A stretch of 64,000 nucleotides of DNA, from the NCBI GenBank assembly GCA_002269645.1, contig NIVC01000609.1, positions 57,725-121,724 on the forward strand, read 5' to 3'. Of the stretch, positions 62,301 to 64,000 are shown one piece after another. Below the pieces are notes generated by a model. That model had not been told where the DNA came from. It searched no databases and saw only the letters and a list, made by a program, of their open reading frames with translations. The stretch comes from Macrostomum lignano. Taxonomy: Eukaryota. The position numbers and the translations under genes are program-made. Each line of letters begins with the position of its first letter. Within the stretch, counting starts at the first letter, position 1.

Positions 62301-63362
62301 ACAGATTCCTACGGCACAATCTGCCACTCCCTACAGAATCCTACGGTACGAGCTACAATCTACCACTCCCTACAGAATCCTACGGCACAATCTGCCACTC
62401 CTACAGAATCCTACGGCACAATCTGCCACTCCCTACAGAATCCTACGGCACAATCTGCCACTCCCTACAGAATCCTACGGTACGAGCTACAATCTACCAC
62501 TCCCTACAGAATCCTACGGTACAATCTCCCACTCCTTACAGAATCCTACGGCACAATCTGCCACTCCCTACAGAATCCTACGGCACAATCTGCCACTCCC
62601 TACAGAATCCTACGGCACAATCTGCCCCAATCGAGCAGGTCTGCCACTCCTTAATTCCAGCAGAAAATAACATTTACCCCGGACACATCGGGTGAGACGC
62701 TGCGCGTCTCAAATTCGTCTACAACCCGTCGGACGCGCCCGGATGCCGCCGAGTCGAACTCGTCGCCGGCGGCACCCAAGTCTTCAGGCGACTCGTTCAA
62801 CATTAGGAAGATCGCCTTCCAGCACTCGGACTCCGCTAGCCAGATGGACTCAGCCTCGGACTCATCGAAGGTGTCGCCAGTCAAAGCTCGGAAAACAATC
62901 GGCTCTTGAGCCGAGGCCGCCTCGAAATCTAAGCCGTTAGTTAGGCCTTCAAATTCTTCCATAGCAACAAAGATTAAACGCCGTCGGCAGCGTTGGCGAC
63001 ACCTGGCCCCACCGAGACCGGCCAGAAACTTTTTCAATGGTACTAGAGAGCGCGGACTGACTACTAACAGGCAGTAGTCAGATAGGGACAGCAAATTAGA
63101 TAGATAATTTCCAACTTCGTTTTCATTCTCAGCTACTGAGGCGGAGGACACGGCTGCGGCAGCGACATCGAAGCCGAACAGCTGGCAGGCAGCGGACTGG
63201 CGCAGCCCAATAATTCATCGATTCGCCGTTTCAACAGGGCAGCGAATCGTTCAGCCAGACGGTCGGGCCTGGCCGGCACCACAGATTTCAAGGCGCGGCC
63301 ATAGTCCGAGGCGAGACCACGGTGAACCGGTGAGGCCTGGCCTGGCCGCTGTCCGCTGCCAT
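59319..63362 (-). CDS. Three-exon gene for a ~830-aa protein with three TIR/SEFIR-like domains and a C-proximal TM helix; two 1-nt frameshifts in exon 1
   Basis: Exon 1 62678-63362 (donor GTAAAT), exon 2 60398-61877 (alternative in-frame acceptor at 61940; donor GTGAGT, phase 1), exon 3 59319-59647 (acceptor tttgcag, phase 1). Exon 1 needs one extra C at 63315 and one extra G at 63206-63208 to read through. Three internal repeats show a beta/alpha pattern like TIR. Confidence 0.7.
59930..60270. repeat. ~21-bp minisatellite (cctgacaggtcttatcttgtc)n in intron 2 of the TIR-like gene
   Basis: About 15 degenerate units. Confidence 0.9.
62070..62630. repeat. ~32-bp minisatellite (ctgccactccctacagaatcctacggcacaat)n in intron 1 of the TIR-like gene
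   Basis: About 17 units. Confidence 0.95.
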
Positions 63363-64000
63363 GCCAGCAATAATTGTGTTTTATTGCTGAAATTATTTGT
63401 CAGTTTTGGGATGGAGAAGTAGAAAAATAAGCTGTTCGTCCTTGACCTGTCACTGCTTGAAATCCTAAAAATTCCTACATGTATTTAGGTTTATCTGCAA
63501 TTTCCAACAATCTTAAAGTTATAAATCTTTGTAGGTTGTCTTTTGTTTTTTACCTTTCAGCTTTAGGTTTTCCAATATTGCATGTTGGATTTATAAACTT
63601 TATCTGAGCTATATAAATTTCTCATTTTTGCAAGTACAATTAAAACCAAGTTGCAAAATTGGGGTACACATAGCAGGGGTTTCCACTGTAGCTATAGGAA
63701 GTTAAAGATGTGGATGTTTTTACGCAGAACATATGGATATGGGTATGGTTACAGGACAAGAACATACAATTCCTATTTCTTACAACATTGGCCATGCAAG
63801 TTGAAATTTTTGGCTCTAATTAGGGGAACTGACTTTTTGGCAAAGATACTAGAAAACTAGATGGGCCACTCAGCATATTTGCCTGTAATCTACTTTCAGT
63901 TCAGTAGAGTTTATTAAACAGAAAAATTTTATTTTGTTTTTTATTTTATTTTAAAGCCAAGGCTTGTTTATTGGCTCTTAACCCCCAGCTTAAACCTTCC

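Overview
This is eukaryotic (animal) genomic DNA. It has short GC-rich exons, poly-Ala/Gln/Ser tracts, AT-rich intergenic DNA, and a different minisatellite array in nearly every intron. That architecture resembles the flatworm Macrostomum (inference only). Most long ORFs in the supplied track are translations of tandem repeats, not genes. Gene models built by hand from splice sites and reading phase: INTS3 (10 exons, minus), NUDT1/MTH1 (plus), an ABHD6-like alpha/beta-hydrolase lacking its catalytic Ser (plus), a TBX1/10-class T-box gene (plus), casein kinase II beta (minus), an intronless Ser/Arg/Gly-rich protein (minus), and two weak minus-strand candidates at the left end. Two genes are hidden from the ORF track by frame switches. 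One is an ornithine-decarboxylase-antizyme-like gene whose frame switch lies one base away from a CCC-UGA +1 frameshift site. The other is a ~830-aa protein with three TIR-like domains and a C-proximal membrane anchor. Other signals: 3' splice acceptors just upstream of six start codons (possible SL trans-splicing, possible NUDT1-ABHD6 operon), a MITE family with 6-bp TSDs inserted into minisatellites, a structured retroposon-like insert between 63-bp direct repeats, and one 42-bp satellite at three loci. No database searches were run; all homology calls come from recognising motifs by eye.
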